In this document: positions 49,801-61,612 of the stretch, piece after piece
Layout: the number at the start of each line of letters is the position of its first letter
Position numbering within the stretch: the stretch's first letter is position 1
Source of the DNA: Phoronis australis
Taxonomy: Eukaryota; Animalia; Phoronida
Reading direction: 5' to 3'
Assembly: GCA_002633005.1 (NCBI GenBank)
Contig: NMRA01000939.1
Coordinates: 29,173 to 93,172 of the forward strand
DNA length: 64,000 bases
Translations under genes and position numbers: made by a program
Notes under the pieces: generated by a model
What the model saw: only the letters and a program-made list of their open reading frames with translations
What the model was told of the DNA's origin: nothing
The model's database searches: none

Positions 49801-52800
49801 AACAAAACCTTTGACAATACAGTCTCCAGGAAAGTATTGAGATCTGAACAATTTCACTGATTACAAAAATCCTATCCAAGGTGAAACACGTTTTATATTT
49901 TTCTCTTTGCATTAAGAATTTTCCAATGCTGATTTGTGTAAACGTCACATTGCCTGGTAACGATTTTGTCTCGCACAGACATCACTTTCTCCAAAGTTTC
50001 CAATTGGATCGTGGATCTGCTGATTTGTACAGGAAGAGTTTTAGCACCTTCTGGACACTTGATACTGTTCAATTTCAACGACAATAAAATTATAAGACTG
50101 AATATACTCACAAATAACTCCAACTGTTCGTTGCCATGGAAATATGAAAAATAAGAAAATACTTTTACAACTTAAGGGCACTGATTTCAGCATTTTCATC
50201 GATTTAAGTAGTGAACAACAGTCATACAATACAATGTTATTGATTGTACATCGAAGGCATTGCTTACACGTACGTAAATACATAAGTGAACAATGAAAAG
50301 TGTCGTGCGTTTAACCAATTCTGTATAACCGAAAATTTGCTCCCGAAGTACAGCCAAATTCATAAGTAAAAACAGTCATATTATTAATTTTTAACACTTT
50401 TGCTAACATCTCATCTTGGCGTTTTGAGAAAACTTCGCGTTTGTTCGGCAACAATTTTAACCCTTTCTGATTTGAAAATTTGTGTTCTTCGATTGGGTTT
50501 GCTTGTAAGAAAGTCTCGAAAACGAACGTTTTGCAGGTTTTGATTAATAATCTTAATAAATGACATTACTCTTCATCAGAGTGAACTATCACATAATCTC
50601 GCCGTAGCTCTAAAATTAAAACAACTTACCGTCTGTTTGAGATTGGCACGTCAAGAATGGCATGAAACAAAAATATACAAAACAATGGATAAGAGATAAA
50701 CGAAACTACTATTATTTCAGTTTAAAGGGCTTCGGCGCTAATTGGTTAGTTCCCCGCAGTTTTTTATCGTCTTATTTACTGTTCGAAAGGCAACAATACT
50801 ATTAATCGAGTTAACTATTGAATAGGGTTGAGGCCTCGTTATATTGCTTGCATGATTGTCTTACACCCGAGTCGTTGACCCATTGTTGTTGCTTGTCCAA
50901 GGAAATGTGTGGTAGTACATGTGCTTATGGTAAATTGATTCTAGCTGGTAAAGATAATACTTACGGGCTGTTGTCGGCAACAGTCGAAGAGTAATTATGA
51001 AAAAAAAAACAAATAATTAGTGTTGGCGTTCAGGGGGTAGAAATGATTCCATGGCGGCCTCGCCTCTAACGTCCAACTGTCATCATCTAAATTCCAATCC
51101 CGAACCAGGAGACACTAAGTCGGCAGTAGAAATCCCAGACCCGCCTCCCTAAACATGCACGCACTGAAAATGCTCAATACAGGGTGACCAGATTTAAATC
51201 CCAGGGGCCAAACTACAATCCGGGGATGAGTCTGGTTCCCCGGACAGGAGTTTCTTGCTCAGAACTCAGTAGAATTTGGTCACCTGATATGGACATTTTA
51301 AATGCGTGTTTGGAGTGGCGCGGGTGTGGGATTCCATGTACCGTCCTGTCCGTTTGATATCGCTAGTCGGGACAGGGGTTTAAGGCGAAGTTAGAGTCGC
51401 GGCCATGGAACCGTTTCCTGTTTTTTTTATCAGTCGATACATTGAAAGAAATAAAGATAATGTCTCAGGAGCAAAGGTCTCGTGAAATTGTATTTCATGT
51501 AATTGAATTGAACCGTAAAATATCAAGGCTTGGTTGCATAAAAGTTGTACCCTGGATTGCAAAAATGACGCCGTATTATCACGCATCTCGTCATTGTTGA
51601 ACAATGCGCTTGATGCCCTGCAATAATCCACCAATGGATAAGTTTTGAAGTTTTATACAAGCTAGACACGTTTTTAAACACCACAGAGTACACAGGTTCG
51701 AGACAGAGTCCCGGATGACTCGATATTTTCCTTCCCACAATTCAGAGGACTTCAGAAACTTTAACGATACTCTTTATGATTCATTTTAGTCAAAATTTCA
51801 TAAAACGCATTTTAACACAAGTGAGTTCAGTCGAAAATTAAGCCCAAACACTGTTCATTTAATCAACTCCAAATATTTTCAAATTGAATTTAGGTTGGTT
51901 TTCATTTTGGTGGTGTACCACCACCTAAAATGACCGCCGTTTTGAATGACAGCTGACTCGAGCATTATGGGTACTCATTCATTTGCCGCGGCCATATGTA
52001 ATGATTTTCGGCGGAAACCCCGCCCACATTTAAAAATATAAAAATTAATGATAAAATAAGGAAAATTCAAACATGGTTGAAAGTTACAAAATGTTCACAT
52101 TTCATTGATATCTTTGGACTGACTAAATTCATCCTGTGTTCTGAATTGGTGAATGTAAACGAAGCAGTATCAGATTATTTAATTTAAAGGCGGTGATTAA
52201 CAGCTGTCTGTGAAATCTGCAATTTCCAAACAGTGATTCATGGGGATAGAGGGGAGTGTATGAGTAAAAAGCGTGAATATTTATTTAAACATTGGATTGT
52301 AATACACAGCCACTAATACTAGAATAAATTGGGTTTTGCCCAGAGAGGTACTTCGAGGCTTAGACCCACTTGAATTAAACGCACTGGAGAAATTTAAAAT
52401 GATTACATTCTGCAATGAAAGGTAATACAATTAAAACTGCATTCCACCTCTGTTAAGTTGCCAATGTTGAATTCTAAATCGAAGCTCTCTGAGCTCGCCA
52501 CGCTCACCCGATCTTGAATCGTGGTAGAATGAGCAGGTAAGTCAAGTCACAGACAATGCGTAAATACGTCATTTTCGAATCAGTAGTTATAGGGTTGGCC
52601 AACTGCAATGAACTCATAAGCGTTTCCTTGAGTCTCTGATGGTCTCGAGGTTTTCTTTGATAACAGAAAGGGAATCAAATCACGGTAAAGAATATTATCG
52701 GGTCGATTTTATAAACAGTATGGGCCTTATTCGATTTTTTCATTTTAGCCTCCAAAACAGGGCGAAATGCAGCTCGGTAATTCCCCGTGTATTTGTCACG

Positions 52801-55800
52801 AGTAAAATACTCACGCCTTGGTGCCAGACGCAGGCTCGTGGTCGATTCTTTGTGGGGTTGAAATATTTTTTACATCGCAAACAGTGCCTCAGCTTAGGGT
52901 CATAGCGGGGGCTATTGCAAAAATTCCCTCTGGGAGAAGACTCTGCAGAACTAGCCGATTCACTTCCACTGGCGTCGGAAATGGAAGTTATGTCGTTGAA
53001 AAGGGATTCTGTAAAAGTGAACGATTGTTTCATGTCAGTGTCTAACAGAATGGTCAAATACGTTGTGTGTAATGACTCAGGGGGTCTAACATGTCGCCTA
53101 ATCACATTCTAGGAGGAGGCAGTGTGGCTTAGTGTGATAAGTGCCCGAGGTCGTGGGTTCGAGTCCCACTGGGTCACACTGTTAAATCCTTGACATGCCC
53201 AGCCTTTAATATGGGGGGGGCTCGAATTCCTAACGTTGTGGACCTTTTTGGTAACAAAATAGCCGGCGGACTAAAAAAAGGGGCGCACTTCTGTGATTTG
53301 CGCGTTTTGTGCTTGTTTAGTGGACTTTTGTCTCATTTTCTCGGACTTTTTGTTTCTAGCTCCTCAGTTCGGTTTTAACTATATATTAATAAAGCATAAA
53401 AATGGCTCCAGGTGATTAGTGCAATGGGCCCACGTGCGCGCCCTGCGCACGTTTGGTAAAACGTGTATCAGACCCCTGCATTTATTTTTTTATTATAATC
53501 ACAATCTACAAAAGTCATAAAATGTGATGGCCAACACGGTAACATTTTTGATGGTATCCGGCTTAAGGGGACAGGGCCCCTCGATCATTCCTAACTCCGC
53601 TTAATGCATAGTCACACATTTTTCTTTGAAGTACACAAATGGTATATGTCATCAGGCACAAGTTGTGACGCGCTAAAATCGTGACAGTTTGGGAGGCGAT
53701 TGATGACCTAAATTGCCATAGTGCACCATTTGTTTGAATTTCATCCTGCCAGGCATAAAACAAGCAGGTAATGATACGTTTTGAGCTTCACTACGGTCTT
53801 GAAACTCTGCAAAGTTCACATCTTTAATTACTTCACCTGATAAACGCAAAATAAAAACAAAGCAAGATTCCGCATTAGAATTCATACATTTAGCGACACA
53901 ATATCCACCACTCGGAACGTGTACGGACAGTGTCGCCATAAAAAAACAAATGGTGTACGTGTAACATACAGTTAGATGCGTACCTTTGCTTAGTTCAAAC
54001 TTCTGCTTGTGTTGTCTGATTTGTTCTCGCTCTTCATGCTGGAGTCGCACGTGCTCATTCAATATATCGTGCCTGTGTTGTTCCACGGTGGCGTTTAATT
54101 TTCTCAAGTTCTTCACAACCTGAGATGGAGAAAGAGCGATGAGTCTTCTATATGTCATACACTCAAATTAAATACATGGTTTTGTATGTACGATTGCAGT
54201 TTGGGTAAGGTTATTTATTTTCCACGCGGAGTAAGGATTTTTTTCTGTATGAATGGTCACAAATTAACCGCACCAACCAGTTGTCATGTCGCATACTATT
54301 CAATGTGTTCTTAAAGGAGCACTCAGATCACTTTTGGTTATTGAAACGTTTTCACTGCTACGGAGATTTTACCAGCAGAAAACTTTCCATTACTTCTCGG
54401 CTATTTTTGTGAAAAGAAAAAAACGTTAGTTACGCTTTTGCAGTGAGATTTTCGGTACCAAATTGAAAATGGCCACCAACTAGCTGGACTGAGGGACTGA
54501 GATCCATCAACCCACACGTAGAGATCTAAACGGTTTCTAATGACGGGGATTTAAATGTTCTTACCTCTCCTCTAAGTTTCCTTTCTAAACATCTTTTATT
54601 TTTCTGATGTGTAAAGAGATCGCGGTACAGCGTTCTATAACCACAAGCATCACAGCTGACGTGCCGAAAGTCGCACTCATTTTCGTGTTGCGTTGCCAGA
54701 TGTCGCTTCGGGGTCACTTTGCATCCAAGACACTCGTTGGCACACCGGACAGGCGCATTGGGACACTCCTTTTTAACGTGGTTGTCCATATCTCTCATTA
54801 AAATTGTTTTGTCGCACTTGTAAGCGCACCGGAGTTCAATGTTCGATAATTTTGTAGTTAACTCATCCGGCGGTTTTTCTGGTGTCTCGTTCAGTGGTGT
54901 TGAGCACGTGGGACACTCGCGAGAATACTTTGACTGGAGCCTTTTCTTTATACATGGAAAACAAAACACGTGGGGACACGCGTTTGTGACTGGATTTACG
55001 AAGACTTTATTGCACAGGTCGCATAATAANAAATCGTCATAGTCCACCATTTGTGTGAATTTCATCCTGCCAGGCATAAAACAAGCAGGTAATGATACGT
55101 TTTAAGCTTCACCAGCGTCTTGAAACTCTGCAAAGTTCAGGGACCCGTTCCAACAAAACTGTCTTAGCTAAGACAAATCTTAAATTTTAGTAGATTTTAA
55201 AATAAAAGTTAAATTTGTCTCAAAACCAAATCAAGAGAGAAATCTTAAGTTTGACTTAAGTGTATGAGCCAAGCTTTGTCTTAATTTTGTCTAACTTTCC
55301 AAATGTGGAAGTTTCAAAGTTTGGAAGTTAAGACAAATCTTAGACTTAAGTCAAAAATGAACTTAAGTCAGTTTCTTGGAACAGGCGATCTTTAATTTTT
55401 TCCCATGATAAACGCAAAATAAAAACAAAGCAAGATTCCGCATTAGAATTCATACATTTAGCGACACGATATCCACCACTCAGGACGTGTACGGACAGTG
55501 TCGCCATAAAAAAAAACAAATGGTGTACGTGTAACATACAGTTAGATGCGTACCTTTGCTTAGTTCAAACTTCTGTTTGTGTTGCCTGATTTTTTCTCGC
55601 TCTTCATGCTGGAGTCGCACGTGCTCATTCAATATATCGTGCCTGTGTTGTTCCACGGTGGCGTTTAATTTTCTCAAGTTCTTCACAACCTGAGATGGAG
55701 AAAGAGCGATGAGTCTTCTATATGTCATACACTCAAATTAAATGCATGGTTTTGTATGTATGATTCCAGTTTGGGTAGGGTTATTTATTTTCCACGCGGA

Positions 55801-56650
55801 GTAAGGATTTTTTTCTGTATGAATGGTCACAAATTAACCGCACCAACCAGTTGTCATGTCGCATACTATTCAATGTGTTCTTAAAGGAGCACTCAGATCG
55901 CTTTTGGTTATTGAAATGTTTTCACTGCTACGGAGATTTTACCAGCAGAAAACTTTCCATTATTTCTCAGCTATTTTTGTGAAAAGAAAAAAACGTTAGT
56001 TACGCTTTTGCAGTGAGATTTTCGGTACCAAATTGAAAATGGCCACCAACTGGCTGGACTTAGGGAAGATCCATCAACCCACACGTAACCCAAACGGTTT
56101 CCAATGACGGGGATTTAAATGTTCTTACCTCTCCTCTAAGTTTCCTTTCTAAACATCTTTTATTTTTCTGATGTGTAAAGAGATCGCGGTACAGCGTTCT
56201 ATAACCACAAGCATCACAGCTGACGTGCCGAAAGTCGCACTCATTTTCGTGTTGCGTTGCCAGATGTCGCTTCGGGGTCACTTTGCATCCAAGACACTCG
56301 TTGGCACACCGGACAGGCGCATTGGGACACTCCTTTTTAACGTGGTTGTCCATATCTCTCATTAAAATTGTTTTGTCGCACTTGTAAGCGCACCGGAGTT
56401 CAATGTTCGATAATTTTGTCATTAGCTCATCCGGCGGTTTTTCTGGTGTCTCGTTCAGTGGTGTTGAGCACGTGGGACACTCCCGAGAATACTTTGACTG
56501 GAGCCTTTTCTTTATACATGGAAAACAAAACACGTGAGGACACGCGTTTGTGACTGGATTTACGAAGACTTTATTGCACAGGTCGCATAATAAATCCGGC
56601 TCCACATCGCCAACAATTCTACTGGGGTCCAGTCCTGGCATGATGAACAT
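46889..56650 (-). CDS. RING (C3HC4) + TRAF-type zinc-finger protein (RNF41/PDZRN3/RNF151-like N-terminus) with coiled coil and a C-terminal CHORD/BTK-like Cys/His domain; core exons 56650-56129, 55689-55554 (duplicate 54119-53984), possibly 53836-53778, 53041-52815, microexon chain, 47062-46889
   Basis: MPGLDPSRIVGDVEPDLLCDLC..ACPHVFCFPC..CPTC (RING); CAYKC..H..CP and CAN..GC..H..C..CDAC..H..C (TRAF ZnF); coiled-coil exon; HCLRCKKYFNPTKNRPRACVWHQG|gtgagt; terminal exon TCHFCGRLDVQPGCVTGYHVE...NA*. Middle exon use is uncertain. Confidence 0.75.
48209..48211 (-). CDS. 3-nt microexon GGG (Gly)
   Basis: Minus strand: ...ttctttccttttcatgtttccttcctccgtccatacggtttTGCtacAG|GGG|GTAAGT. Confidence 0.75.
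49177..49179 (-). CDS. 3-nt microexon GGA (Gly)
   Basis: Minus strand: ...tttcatttcttttccatgtcttcgcatctggaaatcacgacgatAG|GGA|GTGAGT. Confidence 0.72.
49778..49783 (-). CDS. 6-nt microexon ACAGTG (Thr-Val)
   Basis: Minus strand: ...ggttttgtttgtcccgtgaaactcAG|ACAGTG|GTAAGC. An internal AG would alternatively give a 2-nt exon. Confidence 0.6.
50112..50123 (-). CDS. 12-nt microexon TTGGAGTTATTT (Leu-Glu-Leu-Phe)
   Basis: Minus strand: ...ttttcttatttttcatatttccatggcaacgaacAG|TTGGAGTTATTT|GTGAGT. Confidence 0.75.
50630..50632 (-). CDS. 3-nt microexon ACG (Thr)
   Basis: Minus strand: ...ttttgtatatttttgtttcaTGCcattcttgacgTGCcaatctcaaacAG|ACG|GTAAGT. Confidence 0.75.
50965..50967 (-). CDS. 3-nt microexon CCC (Pro)
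   Basis: Minus strand: T-rich tract...cataattactcttcgactgtTGCcgacaacAG|CCC|GTAAGT. Confidence 0.75.
51131..51334. mobile_element. Palindromic MITE with inner CAGGGTGACCA...TGGTCACCTG inverted repeat
   Basis: aatcccagacccg..aaacatgca..aaaatg..cagggtgaccagatt / aatttggtcacctg..catttt..tgcgtgttt..cgggtgtgggatt. Confidence 0.55.
53111..53190 (+). mobile_element. tRNA-derived SINE (same family as 2262-2374)
   Basis: ggaggaggcagtgtggcttagtg..gtcgtgggttcgagtcccactgggtcacac; B-box GGTTCGAGTCC. Confidence 0.6.
53720..56594. repeat. Tandem duplication of about 1.3 kb of RING/TRAF exons (53720-55029 vs 55041-56594) joined at an N
   Basis: Near-identical RING/TRAF exon and coiled-coil exon at offsets of 1564-1570 bp; ambiguous base at 55030. 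Confidence 0.9.
55139..55388. mobile_element. Harbinger-like MITE present in only one duplicate copy
   Basis: About 250 bp (gggacccgttccaacaaaactg...cagtttcttggaacaggcg) interrupts aaagttca|atctttaatt, which is contiguous in the other copy near 53812-53829. Confidence 0.7.
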
Positions 56651-59600
56651 GTGTCGGCAACGTTGTTAACCGTATGTCCTGCGGCATAAGATAATAGTCA
56701 GTGAGCAAATTTAATTATAGTGCACAAAAGACCAGTAAAATATTATAAAATAATTGCCTTGCAGTTTATTTCTCAGCGTACGTGATGTAATGATATACGA
56801 ATTAAGTAATGAAAACTGTTCAAAAATGGATCCGACAATGCCTACTTATCTGGGCAACTAAGTGCAATGCATTAGCACTAAAGGCCCTTTCCGGTCTGAG
56901 CGGAGCGTCGACGCAAACAGTGCAGTTTACTGGACCGTTCATGCTGGCTTCGATCGAAGTAAACGGTAGGTGATGCAGTCGTCATCGAAGTTATCGCAAG
57001 GTAGCGCTGCATGCTAAGATTTTTTTCAACGTGACAATTTGGGAACATTTACATGTGCTAATTGACGTTAAACTTATTTTTAAATCGATTGGTTATTATT
57101 AAAGCAAGATATAAGGAGCTATTAGTGACGGCACTACTAGTATCTCACATTTGCTGGTTCGTTTACCATTTAACTTCTTAGGAAACATTTAGTGGTTCTG
57201 AGGGAAACACTACATTCCACCGTGGAAGTTTCCTCCTTCGCCAGTTTTAAATTGCAATATTTCGTCTTCCTGCCAAAGCGTTAGTAACGCTTGAAGATTT
57301 AGCAAACTTTGCGTGAAGTTGAAAAAATTTGCTCCAATCAAATTTTCGTCATGAGTATCACTTGGTATTGTTCGGTTTCAAGACCTGAGTTGCCCGGTAG
57401 TTTTTAACATCTTTACGATGGTTAAAATCGGATTCAAGGCCTCTTTAAGAAAAAAGTTTGAATTCAGGTCTTTATTATTCACAGACACCACGAAGTTAAA
57501 TGCACCAACTGTTCTATTACAGGATCAAAAATTCGAGTTGTAAACATGTTCATTTAGTGCATTTTAATAACGACACATACATTAGCCAGCTGAAGTAATG
57601 GCGTGTTGTTAGTCATTATTCATATGATCAAGTGGTGATACAGAACATTGAGCCAGCAATTCATTAACTAAGTTCAATTTGTTTTAAAGTGTATTCACGT
57701 GATCGAGTAATTAGGGATAATGTCACATTGATTACTTAGCAAATTTGCATTTTATTGACGTTTTCGTTAATTAAAATGACGAAAATTGGTCGAATTTGTT
57801 ACGACTACAGCGCAGTTCAAATAAAGACGTTATCTTATCCGTGTTTACACAGTGTTTACACGCAACGGAGCGCCGCAGGATACTGTGTAAACAACAACAT
57901 AGCATTTTGCAATCGATACTCAATTTATAGTTTGATTTGCCACTTCACCAGCGTTCCGAAAGTGTCCCAAATTCAAAACCACAGTTCTTTACGAATTCGT
58001 TACTACATCTTAGGATCGAAACGCATAAAGTGTTTTTGGCCGTCAAACATTTCATTTAGTCAGCGATAAAAGTTGTGCTACTACAAGCTCAGCATTCAAT
58101 AATCACATCTTTTTTCTTTCTCTCTGTTGTCCCTATCTTTGCTCCACATCATGAAAGGTGAACCTCAGTTATGTTTGTCACTTGTACGCAGCATCCGACA
58201 GTAAAATCTTGTTTTCTGGATGCTCATCCATTTCACACAGCAGTCTTACAGTTTCCAAAGAAAACACGTGCGAACGTCAAATGATGTAAATCGATTTTGT
58301 TATCTGCGATTAAAAACTTGACTGAACTGAAGTTTTGTAATATATGCAGACAATCGTAAAGATGTGTATTGTGTCAGTTTTAAAAATAAAATCTTTCAGC
58401 ACCTCAATTCTTCAAGTCGAGTAGGGCCTAAAAGTGTAAAAATGCCTCAGAGAGCCCGCTAGTTCCTCAGATGTGTAGTGGCCGGCGTAATCGGATTCAC
58501 GTTACCACTGTCCCGAACATTAAGTTAGTACAACCATTAGAACTAATTTGAAAAGTCTCGGTAACTTTTTATCGTGACCTAGTTTTCAGACTTCATCATA
58601 CCTAGGACCAGAGTATATTACTCTCTGATCATACCTTGGTTATCTCTGGCTTTGGTTTGCTGATTTGTTGTCAACTGGATGCGTCTTGGTATCTAGTCTC
58701 CCCGACTGTTGTCTTTGCTACAACCTACCTGTTGCACATTGAAAATGGTCCGCTGTAGGCCTATGCATGATTTTTTCTAAATCTAGCCTCAACGTTTATC
58801 TCTCATCACCGTATAAACAGTGTGAGTGATGGTCTGTCCAGGTTTGTCGTGCGACTCCAAAACAATTCTTCACGGGCCACTAGTTATGAATAGATACCAG
58901 CGATTACCTAAAACAGATCCGTAAACTTCTAGACGATATCCAGTCATCAACCGTCAGCCAGTTCCGCTGAACAGAAGACTATACTTCAGTTTATCATATG
59001 CTGTCGTCTGGCACTGCGCTCCTCTAAATCTTCGACGGCTTAATCCGTATAATCCCTCTCGTTCTGACACGGGATTTCATGATTGTGAAGCTTACGATGA
59101 CATTTTTATAACTACATGGGTACCCGTCGAGTGGAGTACAATACGAAATACCCCTTTAAACAGGTTCAAGTGCCTTTCTGAGTTGGGGAAAGCTTTGTTC
59201 ACTGCTTTGCTGTAATGGAGCATTTGTGTGTTTATCTAGGAGGAATAGGGTAGTGATAAAAGAAGTATTGGTTAAATAACAACCTTTACTCACAATATAT
59301 GTATTCAGTCAGATCCCGAATGTGTTAGAAGTGAGCTAATGTCAACAGATTACGCGGGCTGTATAGAAACCAGCCCATGATTAGGCCTGCTTGATTAGTC
59401 CATAAAGGCTTGTTATTATAAGTTTGTCAAAAGGCTATAGGGTTATTAACGACGGTATCTTGAGCAAACAAGAAGCTCCCAACTCACCAATCGATGCTCC
59501 ATAATCCTCTATGACTGAAGGATGTTGTGTTACCCAAGAAACACGACTGTTTTCCAATATTTTGTCTAAACACTTTCGTTTACTCAACATGGACTGAAGA

Positions 59601-61474
59601 GTGGGAAACAGTTGATCGAGTGGTCGTTTAAAGTTTCATATCGCCTTGTTAGCTGGCTAAAAATGAAAATAGAATTAGTTCTTTTATTCTTTAAAATCGA
59701 TGCCACAAAAAGATTCTATTCCCGTTACCAAGAAGAACATCGAAACCAGGAGCGACCTTAAAAACCCTTTAGGATTTATTGGGGTCTGCTAACCCTAAAA
59801 TTGCGCATTCGAAGATGGCGCATGTAGGCATTGTCTTTGACTTAGCAAATGAAATGGAATCCTATCACGCTAAAGTATGGTATGAAGCCGAATCATGAGA
59901 AGTCTAATTAGATTTTCGGTGTAAGCAAGCTAAACAGGGCGAAATGCATCTTTAAATCATAGGCGGATTTAGGGGGGGCAGGAGGCCCGCCCCCCCCCCC
60001 CTTGGCTGGCGCAAAAAAATAAAACAGGAAGAGCGTAGGGAAATGTTGAGTTTATTAATTTGCCCCGGTAATCAAAATTATACGGATGAAAAAAGATTTG
60101 AATGTGTGCAGTTTTAGTGTTTGGGGTGGGGGCTCAGATCCAATTTCAAGTGTCAAATTCGGAACACGGCGCATTCGTAACGGAACTATGGCTAAGTATA
60201 AGCTTTCCCGCGATATCCCAGGCGACCGGCAGTGGCGCTGGGCACTACGACTCCGTTTCCGTCGTCTGCTCCACTGTGCAATGGAGATTTTTTACTTCAT
60301 TTTTTAAAGACANGATCTATTATAACCCCCCGAAGGTGAAAATTTGGTGATTACCACCCGGGGCCCCCTCCCAACCCGTGGGAAATATGAAATTTTAGAT
60401 GACTTCTCACTGCAATTATTGCATTACAGTTAATTGAAGCTTCCTGTGAAAATGGAGAGTATTTGTGAAATTAGGAAAGGTGGAAATTATTTGGTTACAG
60501 ACGCCGGTACAAACCGCTTAGTCAAAGTAAAATTATTTGTATCATGAATATTTTATGAAAACACAAAAACCACTAGCTGACATAGCTGACATAGCGGCAA
60601 AGGCTATTTTTGAATTAACAATGGACATGGATAAATATACTGATATCAATGCCAAAATGTGATTAAGCATGTTTGACACAAAGATATTACCCATTATGTC
60701 GAGTGGGTTGTGAGATTTGGAGATTGGATCCTGCAAAAAACATTGAAATCTTGCAGAATAATTATTGCAAACTGCGACTCGGTCAGCATAAAATAAAATA
60801 ACAAACACTCAACCCAAATATTTTTCAAATAATTAATTAAATAAAAATCAAGTTCAAGGGGTTTTCTAAGTTGCGCAATGTCGTAAAACAAGGACTACTT
60901 TACGACTTTTTGGCAAACTGTCGAACCCAAATATTGATTTTGCTTGAGTTTTTGTTATTATAGCGCATGACAACAAATTTCATGACATTATATTAAACAG
61001 AGGAAAATTCATGTACAGATATTAAGTGTGACTTGATTTAAATGTCAAATTTAAATTCGCTAAAGAAGAAACTTAGAGTTTTATTGTCTCATAAAATCGC
61101 AGGTCTCATAATATCCGTTACTCCTGATGTTCTTGCTGGTAGCGGATATAGAATACAATTACTATCGCGGTAAGGAAATTTATTAGCCTGGTTTTTTAAG
61201 AGTTAAAGGCTTAAATCGATTTTCGTTTTATCTACCTACACAAGGTTTTTTAAAATTATGTCTTTAATTTTAAACACCCGGAAACTTTCAGTCAGAAAAG
61301 CTGAATTTTTTACCTCTGAGCATTTTCGTGATGAAATCATTAAGCAACATATTTTATAAGTCACATGTTTTATTTCAAAACGCTAAATACACGACACCGA
61401 ATAGTTAGGAGAATAATATATAACTCCAATATTGAAGATAACTTCAAAAACACGCTCCGAAAAGGTAACTGGTG

Positions 61475-61612
61475 CTAATGGTTTTCCGTTGTTTGTGCTG
61501 CCACGGAGTGTGCCAAAGGCACGCTAATGGTTTTCCGTTGTTTGTGCTGCCACAGAGTGGGCCAAAGGCACACTAATGGTTTTCCGTTGTGACAGAGTGG
61601 GCCAAAGGCACG
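61475..61612. repeat. Tandem repeat, about 48-bp unit x3
   Basis: ctaatggttttccgttgt..agtg(t/g)gccaaaggcac repeated. Confidence 0.8.

Noticed and set aside
51545-51560. 1-nt exon (ccag|G|gtacaa) that would restore frame with the 5-nt candidate at 52508-52512
   Set aside because: Weak donor; not supportable without transcript data.
53111-53190. Functional tRNA gene
   Set aside because: No complete cloverleaf; it shares a non-tRNA head and tail with the copy at 2262-2374, so it is a SINE.
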